Shown: positions 1 through 8,989 of the stretch, in pieces
Layout: each line of letters begins with the position of its first letter
Numbering within the stretch: the first letter of the stretch is position 1
DNA from: an uncultured Verrucomicrobiae bacterium
GTDB taxonomy: Bacteria; Verrucomicrobiota; Verrucomicrobiia; Limisphaerales; Palsa-1400
Length of the DNA stretch: 64,000 nt
Reading direction: 5' to 3'
NCBI GenBank assembly: GCA_963702845.1
Contig: OY969763.1
Span: 4,320,001-4,384,000 of the forward strand
The notes under the pieces: model-generated
Told to the model about the DNA's origin: nothing
Seen by the model: the letters and a program-made list of their open reading frames with translations, nothing else
Databases searched by the model: none
Position numbers and translations under genes: made by a program

Positions 1-38
1 AGTGACCATTTGAAGACAAATAAAAGCGCATCGAGGGT

Positions 39-79
39 ATTACCTTTTCGTGCATCTAGCCTTTAGCGCCGGCAGCGCA
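39..79 (+). repeat. 41-bp direct repeat, copy 1
   Basis: attaccttttcgtgcatctagcctttagcgccggcagcgca; 36/41 identical to 1137-1177, last 24 bp identical. Confidence 0.9.
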
Positions 80-180
80 ATCACAGCAAATACTTGGCAT
101 CTACCATAACCGCAGTGTTTAGTTGTCACCCTTTTGAGCGACTGCCACCCGAACAAAATGTTGGTAAAGTTCCTAAACAG

Positions 181-1119
181 ATGAAAACCAAGGCACTTAA
201 GATACTAGGGACTGATCACGGTGACCTGGATTGCGGCAACAAACCGCACTTTACGACGACGCGCGCATTCACACTGATCGAACTGCTGGTGGTCATCGCG
301 ATCATTGGCATTCTCGCGGCACTACTGTTGCCGATGCTCGCCAAGGCAAAACAAAAGGCGTTGGCCGCGCAGTGCGTTTCCAACTTGCATCAGTGGGGGC
401 TGATTTGGACGTATTACACCGACGATTTCCGGGGATCGTACTCCGATGGCAACACCACAGCTTTCCCGACACGTGCTCTCTGGATGGCAAGCTTGAGCAA
501 CTACTTCGGAAAAAAGCCCTATCTGTTACTTTGCCCGTCCGCGGGCGCGATGCAGAACGGAGCCCAGTTTGGCCAAAAAGAGGTGCGAGTGCCGTGGGGA
601 TATCCCAGTGCCCAATGGTTTGGAGGGCCAACGACAAGCTTCATGATCGGAACGGACAAAAAGCCTTACTACGATCCGCAAGACACGCAAAACCCGAAAA
701 GGCAGGCGCTGGCCAGTTATGGAGCGAACGATTGGACACTCAATTTCCCGCAAAAGTCCGGAGCTATCTCAAAATGGAATTGGCCAGCGGAAAATTTTTG
801 GCGCACCACCGCAAACTTGACGCGGCCGACGATGATTCCCCTTATGGCCGATTCCATATGGAAAGGCAACCTGCCTACCTGGGACACTCCCGAAGGCACT
901 CGTCCGCCGAGGTTCAATGGTGACTATCAAGGAGTGGAGTGTGAAATGATGAACTTTGCCATCGCCAGGCACGGAAATGGTCTCAACGTATGTTTTACCG
1001 ACGGGTCGACCCGCCATTATCGTCCACGAGAGCTGTGGGGGCTGAAATGGCATCAAAACTTTGACACCGAAAAAATCAATACGCTGCCAACAGATTGGTT
1101 CCCGGCTTGGATGAAGTAG
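181..1119 (+). CDS. Prepilin-type N-terminal cleavage/methylation protein with H-X9-DG C-terminal motif
   Basis: [25 protein letters not shown]-methyl motif and [17 protein letters not shown] 181 preferred over TTG 94. Confidence 0.9.
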   Translation: MKTKALKILGTDHGDLDCGNKPHFTTTRAFTLIELLVVIAIIGILAALLLPMLAKAKQKALAAQCVSNLHQWGLIWTYYTDDFRGSYSDGNTTAFPTRALWMASLSNYFGKKPYLLLCPSAGAMQNGAQFGQKEVRVPWGYPSAQWFGGPTTSFMIGTDKKPYYDPQDTQNPKRQALASYGANDWTLNFPQKSGAISKWNWPAENFWRTTANLTRPTMIPLMADSIWKGNLPTWDTPEGTRPPRFNGDYQGVECEMMNFAIARHGNGLNVCFTDGSTRHYRPRELWGLKWHQNFDTEKINTLPTDWFPAWMK

Positions 1120-1136
1120 TAGTTAGCAGCGGCGCC

Positions 1137-1177
1137 ATTACGTTTGCCCGCACCTAGCCTTTAGCGCCGGCAGCGCA
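1137..1177 (+). repeat. 41-bp direct repeat, copy 2
   Basis: attacgtttgcccgcacctagcctttagcgccggcagcgca; offset 1098 bp from copy 1. Confidence 0.9.
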
Positions 1178-1181
1178 TCTA

Positions 1182-2093
1182 CTATTTCCAGTTTTTCACT
1201 CGGTCGATATGTTCAAGTTCCGTCAAAAGATCATCGGAAATTTGACGTCCGTCTTTCCAATATTGGCGAAAATCTGCGCCCGGGGAAGGGATAGCCGCAG
1301 CGAGACGTTTTAGTTGTTTTGACATTCGATCGACGGTGGCGCGGTGGTGCTCCGACAACCGAGTATCGCGATGGAGAAACTTGTCTAGCGAGTCCGCAAC
1401 AGAATCATACACGTGCGACCCGTTTCGGTAAAATTTGATGGTTTGAGGACCGTCGATGGCATCAAACGCGTCCATTCGTTCTTTGAATCCGCGCACTATG
1501 TCCTTCAACGTCAAACCGAAGTCGATTGGCTTTTCCAGAACCGCGCCAGCGGATGCTGCCTGATTCGCAGCCACCGGCGGCGCAGGGATGGGAAGGTGCC
1601 CTGAAACGAGCTGCTTCATTACCAAATCGAGATGAGTGTACAATTGGCTGTCGAAATCTTCAATGGTGTCGAATTCGCAATAAAGCCCGCGTGTTTTCAT
1701 CGCTTGCTTGAATTGGCGCACTTTTTGAAGCTGGTCCAAATCGACGTCATGCGGAAAGTCGCCGGTACAGAAGTAAAGCATTACCCGTCCGGGGCCTTTT
1801 CTCTTCACAAATTCTTCAATCTCTTCAACGGTTCCTGAATCGGAATTAGGCGTTGACGTCCCAAGACGAGACCAGAAGATAGCAATCAAAAGTTCGCTTT
1901 CGGCAAGAATCTGTTCGTTGAGGATCTTTTGAGGATGAGCGCCAAGCGACGGCGGAACGTCCTCCCACATGTTCGGCAATAGCGTCGCATGCTCATTAGC
2001 GTTATTCCAACGATGAAACACTTCTTTGACGCGCTCCCGATGCGGTGTGACATCACCTGGCGATGCAATTGCAACCTTGATTCGGTCGGCCAT
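1182..2093 (-). CDS. DUF4062-like (TIR/deoxyribosyltransferase-like fold) N-terminal domain plus helical C-terminal domain
   Basis: IASPGDV..ER, PQ..LN.QI...SELLIAIFWSRLGT.T....SGT.EEI, VMLYF pattern. ATG 2093 chosen as start. Confidence 0.75.
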   Translation of the reverse strand: MADRIKVAIASPGDVTPHRERVKEVFHRWNNANEHATLLPNMWEDVPPSLGAHPQKILNEQILAESELLIAIFWSRLGTSTPNSDSGTVEEIEEFVKRKGPGRVMLYFCTGDFPHDVDLDQLQKVRQFKQAMKTRGLYCEFDTIEDFDSQLYTHLDLVMKQLVSGHLPIPAPPVAANQAASAGAVLEKPIDFGLTLKDIVRGFKERMDAFDAIDGPQTIKFYRNGSHVYDSVADSLDKFLHRDTRLSEHHRATVDRMSKQLKRLAAAIPSPGADFRQYWKDGRQISDDLLTELEHIDRVKNWK

Positions 2094-2187
2094 TCCAGCA
2101 GTGTGCCCAGCGAATCGAGATTTGCAGCCCAAAACTCATGGTTCGGGATTACGGTTTTGCATATAACTTGAGCGCGCCTTCGAACCA

Positions 2188-2847
2188 ATGTTTACCGACA
2201 GCCAGATTCTAGCACTCACTAGGGAGCTCAATCATCTTTTGTGGACACCTGACACGCCGCAACCCGGTCTGGCCGACGGTTTCGATCGCGTGGACCTGGT
2301 CGGCGGAAACATGCATTGCGTAGACCATGCGTTGGTCTGCGCAGCGCTTTTGGCGCGGAAGGGAGCAACCGTGACCACGCGCGCCGGGAGAGCGTTAATC
2401 GCGTATCCTGAATTGCGTGCAAATTATCGGCCTCATTTAGTCGCAAAGCACTGGTGGCTCACGACGACCGAGGGACTTTGCGACTTGAGCCTGAATTTGA
2501 GTCCGATCTCTGCGCACAAACCAATCATATACCGCAATACCAACTTAGCCGCGCCAAATTGGGCCATTGAATTCAAGCACGACTACAGTCAGGCAATCAA
2601 AGCCGCTGACAAACTCCAGAACGATCGGCTTTGCGGGGTGGTTTACCAGACGGCGAACAAAATGCTGCTTACGTTGTCGCAAATCGAAGCGGAACTCGAC
2701 AAGCCGTCCAGCGCCACACAGAAAGAGGGAATTTCAGTTTCCTATCGCGAGTTCGTAACTCACTGCGAACGCGTTTTGGAAGGCGGGCCAAGCCTACGAG
2801 GCAAGCCTCAGGTCGAAGCATGGCGGCGATTGCGAACCGCGTTCTGA
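2188..2847 (+). CDS. Hypothetical protein, possible transglutaminase/papain-like fold
   Basis: 219-aa ATG ORF; CVDHALVCAALL...KHWWL...LCDLS gives Cys-His-Asp order and spacing. Confidence 0.55.
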   Translation: MFTDSQILALTRELNHLLWTPDTPQPGLADGFDRVDLVGGNMHCVDHALVCAALLARKGATVTTRAGRALIAYPELRANYRPHLVAKHWWLTTTEGLCDLSLNLSPISAHKPIIYRNTNLAAPNWAIEFKHDYSQAIKAADKLQNDRLCGVVYQTANKMLLTLSQIEAELDKPSSATQKEGISVSYREFVTHCERVLEGGPSLRGKPQVEAWRRLRTAF

Positions 2848-2853
2848 ATCAGT

Positions 2854-4209
2854 TTACGCCGCCAGCGCCACCGGATGCGCGACAATCTTCGCTGCCCGCT
2901 CACGTTCCGCTTTGGCTTTGAATCCGCCAATGCTCTCTGGAGTGATCGTAAACCAGTTCTTCGCATCTTTTTCGGTCACCAATTCGCGGTAATGCTCAAA
3001 AATCATTTGCGGGCTGTTCCCGGCCTCCAGCGCCACTTGCGCCGCGCTTTTAACATCAGCCAGCCGATAGCTGCAGAACGAATGACGCAGCGCGTTGTGT
3101 TTCCATTCCGCTTGTGGCGCGAGAAACTTTTCCGGATTGTGCGGATCAACCGGCCGCGTGCTCGCAATCAATCGCTGAATTGCGTTCGGCACATTGTCCA
3201 GGTCCACCACAGGTCCGCGCACCTTCGCATGATTCGTGAGCCATTCCTTGAGATTCGGAACAATCGGCACCAGCCGACGCGAATTCGTTTTTGCGATGCT
3301 CGCATCAACCGTTATGTAACCAGTCTCCAAATTTATCTTCGCCCAGTCCAGCCGCTCGATCTCTGCGCTACGCAAACCAGCAAACGCGCCGATGGCTAAA
3401 AAAGGAATCAAATTATCGGGCGCAAACCCGAGCAGAAGTGAAAACTCTGCCGTCGTGAAAATCTCTACCTCATCATTCTTGGTTTTCCAGAGCGGCACCG
3501 CCTCCATTCCATTCCAGTCCGCGGGCAAATACTTCTGCGCTTTGGCGAATGAAAATAGCGTCTGAATCCCAAGCCGGAAATTATTCCGCGTGCGATTCGA
3601 CACGGAAACCTTTGGCGCCTTCTTATCCACCTTTGAAGTTTCGCGCGTGAGCCCCTGCAACCACACCTTGATTTCTAATCCGTCGACAGCGCTGATCTGT
3701 TTCGGAAACTCCCGGGCAAACTTTCCAACACGCGAGGTCAAATCATCGATATATCGATCGCTTAGCCCCTCATCGCGCTTGGCCTTGATCATTTCATTGA
3801 ATGCCTCCGTGACCGTCTTGGATGGCAGATCCATCAGATTTTGCGCGGCATAATATCGCGCAACCTCGACCAGCGACTTTCCGCGCACCAGCCTCTTAGC
3901 ATCGCGGTATTCGGCAGCGACCGTATCCAGCGAAAGCCCAAATTCTTTGACCCACTCATTGGCGCGAACATAAGCGAGACTTTCCGTTCCTGACAACCGG
4001 ACCGCCTTGGCTTCGCCCTGGGAAAGCATATTAACCTTCGTTTGCGCGTGCAGTTCCGCTGCGGGGAGGTCAGCGAACGCTTTCCGTTTCCTGACAGCTC
4101 CTTCATACCAGGCAACCGTGAATGCATCGCACCCGTGTGAGGGGGTTTTGTAGATGGTGGCGCGCGTCTGGCCAATGCGGATTACCTTGGGAAAATCGGC
4201 TTTTTTCAT
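2854..4209 (-). CDS. Tyrosine recombinase/integrase
   Basis: AGLRSAEI (R), KT (K), HNALRHSF (H-x-x-R region), FEHY (Y); adjacent to tRNA 3' end. Confidence 0.93.
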   Translation of the reverse strand: MKKADFPKVIRIGQTRATIYKTPSHGCDAFTVAWYEGAVRKRKAFADLPAAELHAQTKVNMLSQGEAKAVRLSGTESLAYVRANEWVKEFGLSLDTVAAEYRDAKRLVRGKSLVEVARYYAAQNLMDLPSKTVTEAFNEMIKAKRDEGLSDRYIDDLTSRVGKFAREFPKQISAVDGLEIKVWLQGLTRETSKVDKKAPKVSVSNRTRNNFRLGIQTLFSFAKAQKYLPADWNGMEAVPLWKTKNDEVEIFTTAEFSLLLGFAPDNLIPFLAIGAFAGLRSAEIERLDWAKINLETGYITVDASIAKTNSRRLVPIVPNLKEWLTNHAKVRGPVVDLDNVPNAIQRLIASTRPVDPHNPEKFLAPQAEWKHNALRHSFCSYRLADVKSAAQVALEAGNSPQMIFEHYRELVTEKDAKNWFTITPESIGGFKAKAERERAAKIVAHPVALAA

Positions 4210-4221
4210 CTGCGCCGAGTT

Positions 4222-4274
4222 TGTCAGGAAACTGTCAGGAAGCCAAGCAAAAACCGCGTTTTCCTAAGGAAAAC
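4222..4274. promoter_or_regulatory. Putative integrase arm-type sites and att-proximal palindrome
   Basis: tgtcaggaa twice (4222-4230, 4233-4241); gttttcct-a-aggaaaac palindrome at 4258-4274 next to the tRNA end. Confidence 0.5.
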
Positions 4275-4275
4275 A

Positions 4276-4352
4276 TGGCGGGAGTGGCGGGGCTCGAACC
4301 CGTAACCTCTGCCGTGACAGGGCAGCGCTCTAACCAATTGAGCTACACCCCC
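4276..4352 (-). tRNA. tRNA-Asp(GTC)
   Basis: Reverse complement GGGGGTGTAGCTCAATTGGTTAGAGCGCTGCCCTGTCACGGCAGAGGTTACGGGTTCGAGCCCCGCCACTCCCGCCA; cloverleaf, anticodon GTC, encoded CCA. Confidence 0.97.
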
Positions 4353-4677
4353 GAAGGGGACGCATAACTTAGAGAATGTTGCCGCCCGCGTCAATATTCT
4401 ATTCCTGTTCCTCGCTCCGCGTTTGTTTGGTCTGATGAAACATGGAACCCGTTCCATCGTGCTGCGTTCAAATCGGTCGGGTCAAAAAGTCTAGTGGTCG
4501 TCAGGATATTCCTCAATCGTCACGCCGATTATTCCCGTCGCGGGGCAGTCGGAAGTATGCCCTACGAAAAAGGAGACTTCACCCGATTGTTCGCAGATGC
4601 GGCATCGGTGAGTATGACAGTCGCCTTACACGAAGGAGTTTTACTCCTCCAAGGAAATCGCGGAAGGCAAACGCACT

Positions 4678-4980
4678 ATGAAAGTTGAAATGACAGGAGA
4701 GACGTTGCAGGTAAGTGGTTTGAAGGAGTTGGGTGAAAACAACGCAAGCATCTTTCGGCAAGAGGTGTTGTCCGCACTCAAGAAACATCAGAAGCATATC
4801 GACGTCGATCTGTCTGAGATGACGTTCGTCGACAGCCGCGGACTGGGCGCGCTGCTGGAATTGAAACAAACGTTCGACGAGCAAAGCGGCGCGATTCGTT
4901 TGCGCAATCCTTCACCGGCAGTCCAGCAGATCCTGGAATTCACGCGGATGAACAGTGTGTTCGAAATCGTGAAGGAGTGA
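4678..4980 (+). CDS. STAS-domain anti-sigma factor antagonist
   Basis: VDLSEMTFVDSRGLGALL and LRNPSPAVQQILE motifs. Confidence 0.9.
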   Translation: MKVEMTGETLQVSGLKELGENNASIFRQEVLSALKKHQKHIDVDLSEMTFVDSRGLGALLELKQTFDEQSGAIRLRNPSPAVQQILEFTRMNSVFEIVKE

Positions 4981-5047
4981 AGGTATACGGTGCCGGTTTT
5001 GGCTGGCGGGTGATTTGGTTTTAACCAAGGAAATTAAAAACGGTGAC

Positions 5048-6259
5048 ATGAAAGACGTCCTGGCAATTTCAATTTTGATCGACGCCGCGGGTTGGGAAAT
5101 CGTGAAGGACACGCCGTTTCTCAAAAATATCGCGCCGCATCGTAAACGACTGGACTCAGTGTTCGGCTATAGCTCGGCGTGCATCCCGTCGATTGTGTCG
5201 GGTCGCTGGCCGGAGTCACATCGCAACTGGTGCTATTTCGTTTATGACCCGGTGAAATCGCCGTTTCGCTCGTTGAGCGGTTTTCGGTGGTTTCCACGCG
5301 CGTTGACGGGACGGCGTCGCGTTCGTCGGTTGCTGACCGCTATGGTTCGTCGACGGATTGGATTCGAAGGGTATTTCGACCTATATAATATTCCGTTCGA
5401 CCAGATTCATCTCTACGACTTCAGCGAAAAGAAGAGTCCGTTGCGCCCGGGTGGAATGAATTGCGGGCCGAATATTTTTGACCATTTTAAAGCTAAGAAG
5501 CTGAATTATTACGCTAGCGATCCGGACAAGGACGAGGCGGCGAATTATGCGGACTTGTTGAAGGTGATCGACCAGGGCGAGATCGATTTTGCGTTTTCGT
5601 ATTGGCCGAAGCTCGATGGGTTGTTGCACATGGTCGGGAATAAATCACCAAAGGTGCCGGAGAAACTGGAAGCGTATCAGAAGTGGATCAATAACGTCGT
5701 TTCCATGGCACGTCGTAGTTACAAGGAAGTCTGGCTCGATGTGTTCAGCGATCATGGTATGGCGAATTGCGATGAGTTGCTGGATCTGAAGTCCAAAATC
5801 GAATCGCTCAGTGTTCGCGCACCGAATGATTTCGCGGTCGTCTACGATTCGACGATGGCCCGGTTTTGGTTCTTCAACGATCGCTCCCGACAGCAGGTAA
5901 TCGATTGCCTCAAGCAAATCCCGCAAGGGCGCATCTTGCCGGATGAGGAACTTAAGGAGCTTGGCACATATTTTCCAGACCACGCGTTTGGCGAAGTGAT
6001 TTTCCTGGTCAATGAAGGCGTGCTGATTGTGCCCAGTCACATGGGCGAGCGCCCGATCCGCGCAATGCACGGATATCATCCGTCCGACAAGCACAGCTTT
6101 GCGACGATTTGTTCGACGCAGGAAATTCCACGGGAGCTGACGGCGATCCCACATATTTGCGGATTGATGAAGGAGCGAGCGCATCAGGCGCAGTCGCTCA
6201 ATGAAGGAGAAAAAAGCACGGGTCGCCCCGACACGTTGGTCGAGGCTTTGGCAAAATGA
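5048..6259 (+). CDS. Alkaline phosphatase superfamily, nucleotide pyrophosphatase/phosphodiesterase-like
   Basis: IDAAGW, GYSSACIPSIVSG, LDGLLH, SDHGM, MHGY metal-site motifs; no signal peptide evident. Confidence 0.85.
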   Translation: MKDVLAISILIDAAGWEIVKDTPFLKNIAPHRKRLDSVFGYSSACIPSIVSGRWPESHRNWCYFVYDPVKSPFRSLSGFRWFPRALTGRRRVRRLLTAMVRRRIGFEGYFDLYNIPFDQIHLYDFSEKKSPLRPGGMNCGPNIFDHFKAKKLNYYASDPDKDEAANYADLLKVIDQGEIDFAFSYWPKLDGLLHMVGNKSPKVPEKLEAYQKWINNVVSMARRSYKEVWLDVFSDHGMANCDELLDLKSKIESLSVRAPNDFAVVYDSTMARFWFFNDRSRQQVIDCLKQIPQGRILPDEELKELGTYFPDHAFGEVIFLVNEGVLIVPSHMGERPIRAMHGYHPSDKHSFATICSTQEIPRELTAIPHICGLMKERAHQAQSLNEGEKSTGRPDTLVEALAK

Positions 6260-8907
6260 GAGAGTCACATGTTACGAGTGAGTTGAGTCCGGAAACGGAA
6301 CGCTGGCAGGAGAATGAGGTCACGGAGTGCGTCGCGCTTCAACGGTTCGTTGAAGACCAGGCCGAACGCATTCCACACGCGATGGCGGTGATCGATTCGC
6401 GCAATGGAGGCGGTTCGTTGACGTATAGCGAGTTGAACAAGCAAGCCAACCAGCTTGCGAGTTACTTGCAGTTATGCGGCGCGGGGGCGGACGAATTGGT
6501 CGGAATCTGCATGGAGCGTTCGATCGCGATGGTCGTGGCGGTGGTGGCGGTGATCAAGGCCGGCGCGGCTTACGTGCCATTTGACCCGGCGTATCCAGCC
6601 TTGCGTCTCGAGTTCATGCTCGAAGACACGCGGGCTCCGATCATTCTCACGTCGGAAAAGCTACAAAACAAACTGCCGAACGAGAAAACTAAAATCATCA
6701 GTGTTGATGCCGATGCGTCATTGATCGCATGTCAACCGTCCGACAATCCGCCGATCAGTTCGACCGGAGAAAATCTCGGTTACGTTATTTATACATCCGG
6801 TTCGACAGGCAGACCGAAAGGCGTCGCGATGCGGCAAGGGGCATTGGTCAACCTGATGCAATGGCAGTTGGAGAATTTCAGCTTCAGTGAACCTGCGCGC
6901 ACGTTGCAATTTGCTTCGCTGAATTTCGACGTGTCGTTTCAGGAAATTTTTTCGACGTTTTCGTCTGGCGGGACGCTCGTGTTGATTGACGACGTGCTGC
7001 GTCGCGATGCGCGCGGTTTGTTGCAACACATCGTGAGCAACAAGGTGCAGCGGATCTTTTTGCCATTTGTTGCGCTCAAGCACCTAGCCGAAGCGTCGGA
7101 ATACATGAACGTGACGCCGACCGATTTGCGTGAGGTGATCACAGCGGGTGAGCAACTGCAGATCACACCAGCATTAGTTTCATTTTTCGAACGACTGCCC
7201 AACTGCACTTTGGAAAACCAGTACGGGCCATCCGAATCGCACGTGGTAACGGCGTATCGATTGCAAGGTCCGCCGCGCGAATGGCCGCGATTGCCGCCGA
7301 TTGGTAAAGCGATCGCAAATTCGAAATGTCTCCTGCTGGACGAACAAAAACGCATGGTGCCAGATGGCGACGCTGGCGAGTTGTATTTGGGTGGCGATTG
7401 CCTCGCTCGCGGTTACTTGTATCGCCAGGATTTAACGGCGGCGAAATTTGTTGATGATCCATTTGGCCCGGCGGGATCGCGCCTTTACAAAACAGGCGAC
7501 ATCGCACGGCTGTTGCCGGATGGAAATATCCAGTTTCTGGGACGGATCGATCACCAGGTCAAAGTTGGCGGGTTTCGGATTGAGCTGGGCGAAATTGAAT
7601 CTGTTCTCCACCAGCATCCGGCCATCAAGGAGACTGCAGTTATCGCACGCGCTGTCGAGGGTGGTGATAATCAACTGATCGGATACATCGTTCCGCATCC
7701 AGACCAGAACGTTGGTGCGGCGGACCTGCGGCAATTCCTTAAGGCCAAGCTACCCATTTATATGGTGCCGGCGCGGTTCGTGCGATTGGACGCGTTGCCG
7801 TTGAATCCGAACGGCAAAGTGGATCGCAAAGCATTGCCGGAAGGCGAGGCGATGGCTGAGGAGATCGTGGTGGAGTTTAAGCCGCCGCAAACGCCGCTGC
7901 AGATGCAATTGCAATTGGTGTTCGAGCGCTTTCTCAAGAAACGACCGATCGGCATCGACGCGAGTTTCTTCGAATTGGGCGGCGACTCGTTGCAGGCGTT
8001 GAACCTGATCATCGAGTTAGAGCGCGTTACCGGAAGAACGTTGCCGCTGGGAATCCTTTACGAAGCTCCAACGATCGAAGCGCTTTCAAAATCGATGGAG
8101 CGCCACGCGGAAACGAAGTGGTCGTCGCTGGTCCCTTTGCAACCGCTGGGAAAACGCACGCCGTTGTTTTTTGTACACACCACTCCCGGTGATGTATTGG
8201 GATACGGAAGTCTGGTTTATCACCTCGGCACTGAGCAGCCATGTTACGGGTTCCAATCGCTCGGTTTTAATGACCCGAAACAAGTCGCATCAACATCTCG
8301 AGGAAATGGCAGCGATATTACGTGCGAGCTGTTGCGCGAATTCCAGCCAACGGGGCCATACTATTTAAGCGGCTGGTGTTACGGCGGGATTATTGCAGTT
8401 GAAATGGCGCACCAACTCCGCGCTGCCGGACAGGAAGTTGCTTTTCTTGGTCTGGTTGAAACACCCGCACCGCGACCGGAAAAAGATGTCGCGCGGTTTT
8501 ATCTTCGCCGCATCGACTGTTTGCTGAAGATGAACCCGATTCATTGGTTCAGATATTTGCGATCGAAGATCAAGTATTACAGCGGGGTTAAAGAGGCTAA
8601 TGAGCAACGTTTCCGCCGCGTGGAGAAAACGGATCCCAAACATGGGTCGGTTGAAGAAATGAATCGGCATCTCGAACGGCTGGAACTCGTGTATGGCGTC
8701 AATGATCGCGCGATGAAATTCTATCGATCGAAACGTTATCCCGGCAAAGTCACATTATTCAATGCCGCTCAACAAGATCCAGCGCTTATTCGTGATCCGA
8801 TCTATGGCTGGCGAGGATTAGCCGACAAAATCGAAACGTATGTAATCCCGGCGATCACGACACGATTCTGGCCGAGCCACAAGTGCGACAACTCGCGCAA
8901 AAAATGA
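6256..8907 (+). CDS. Stand-alone NRPS-like protein: adenylation-PCP-thioesterase, no condensation domain
   Basis: YTSGSTGRPKG, FDVS, NQYGPSE, YKTGD, GRIDHQVK, NGKVDR; PCP FFELGGDSL; TE GWCYGG. Probable local indels near 8295-8325 and ~8850. Confidence 0.93.
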   Translation: MRESHVTSELSPETERWQENEVTECVALQRFVEDQAERIPHAMAVIDSRNGGGSLTYSELNKQANQLASYLQLCGAGADELVGICMERSIAMVVAVVAVIKAGAAYVPFDPAYPALRLEFMLEDTRAPIILTSEKLQNKLPNEKTKIISVDADASLIACQPSDNPPISSTGENLGYVIYTSGSTGRPKGVAMRQGALVNLMQWQLENFSFSEPARTLQFASLNFDVSFQEIFSTFSSGGTLVLIDDVLRRDARGLLQHIVSNKVQRIFLPFVALKHLAEASEYMNVTPTDLREVITAGEQLQITPALVSFFERLPNCTLENQYGPSESHVVTAYRLQGPPREWPRLPPIGKAIANSKCLLLDEQKRMVPDGDAGELYLGGDCLARGYLYRQDLTAAKFVDDPFGPAGSRLYKTGDIARLLPDGNIQFLGRIDHQVKVGGFRIELGEIESVLHQHPAIKETAVIARAVEGGDNQLIGYIVPHPDQNVGAADLRQFLKAKLPIYMVPARFVRLDALPLNPNGKVDRKALPEGEAMAEEIVVEFKPPQTPLQMQLQLVFERFLKKRPIGIDASFFELGGDSLQALNLIIELERVTGRTLPLGILYEAPTIEALSKSMERHAETKWSSLVPLQPLGKRTPLFFVHTTPGDVLGYGSLVYHLGTEQPCYGFQSLGFNDPKQVASTSRGNGSDITCELLREFQPTGPYYLSGWCYGGIIAVEMAHQLRAAGQEVAFLGLVETPAPRPEKDVARFYLRRIDCLLKMNPIHWFRYLRSKIKYYSGVKEANEQRFRRVEKTDPKHGSVEEMNRHLERLELVYGVNDRAMKFYRSKRYPGKVTLFNAAQQDPALIRDPIYGWRGLADKIETYVIPAITTRFWPSHKCDNSRKK

Positions 8908-8989
8908 CCGAGTGCATCGCTCGCGCCGGCAAACGGAAACAGCAAACCTGCAAGCACGACGACCAGACGCATAAACATCAACACACCCC

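Larger units (their letters stand above)
1..4275. mobile_element. Right part of a genomic island integrated at the 3' end of tRNA-Asp; distal end lies left of the window
   Basis: Intact tyrosine integrase starts ~67 bp downstream of the tRNA CCA end, followed by accessory genes. No distal att copy is visible in the window. Confidence 0.75.

Noticed and set aside
39..4209. Integron or CRISPR interpretation of the 41-bp repeats
   Set aside because: Only two copies 1.1 kb apart, no attC-like inverted structure, no cas genes, and the integrase is tRNA-island type
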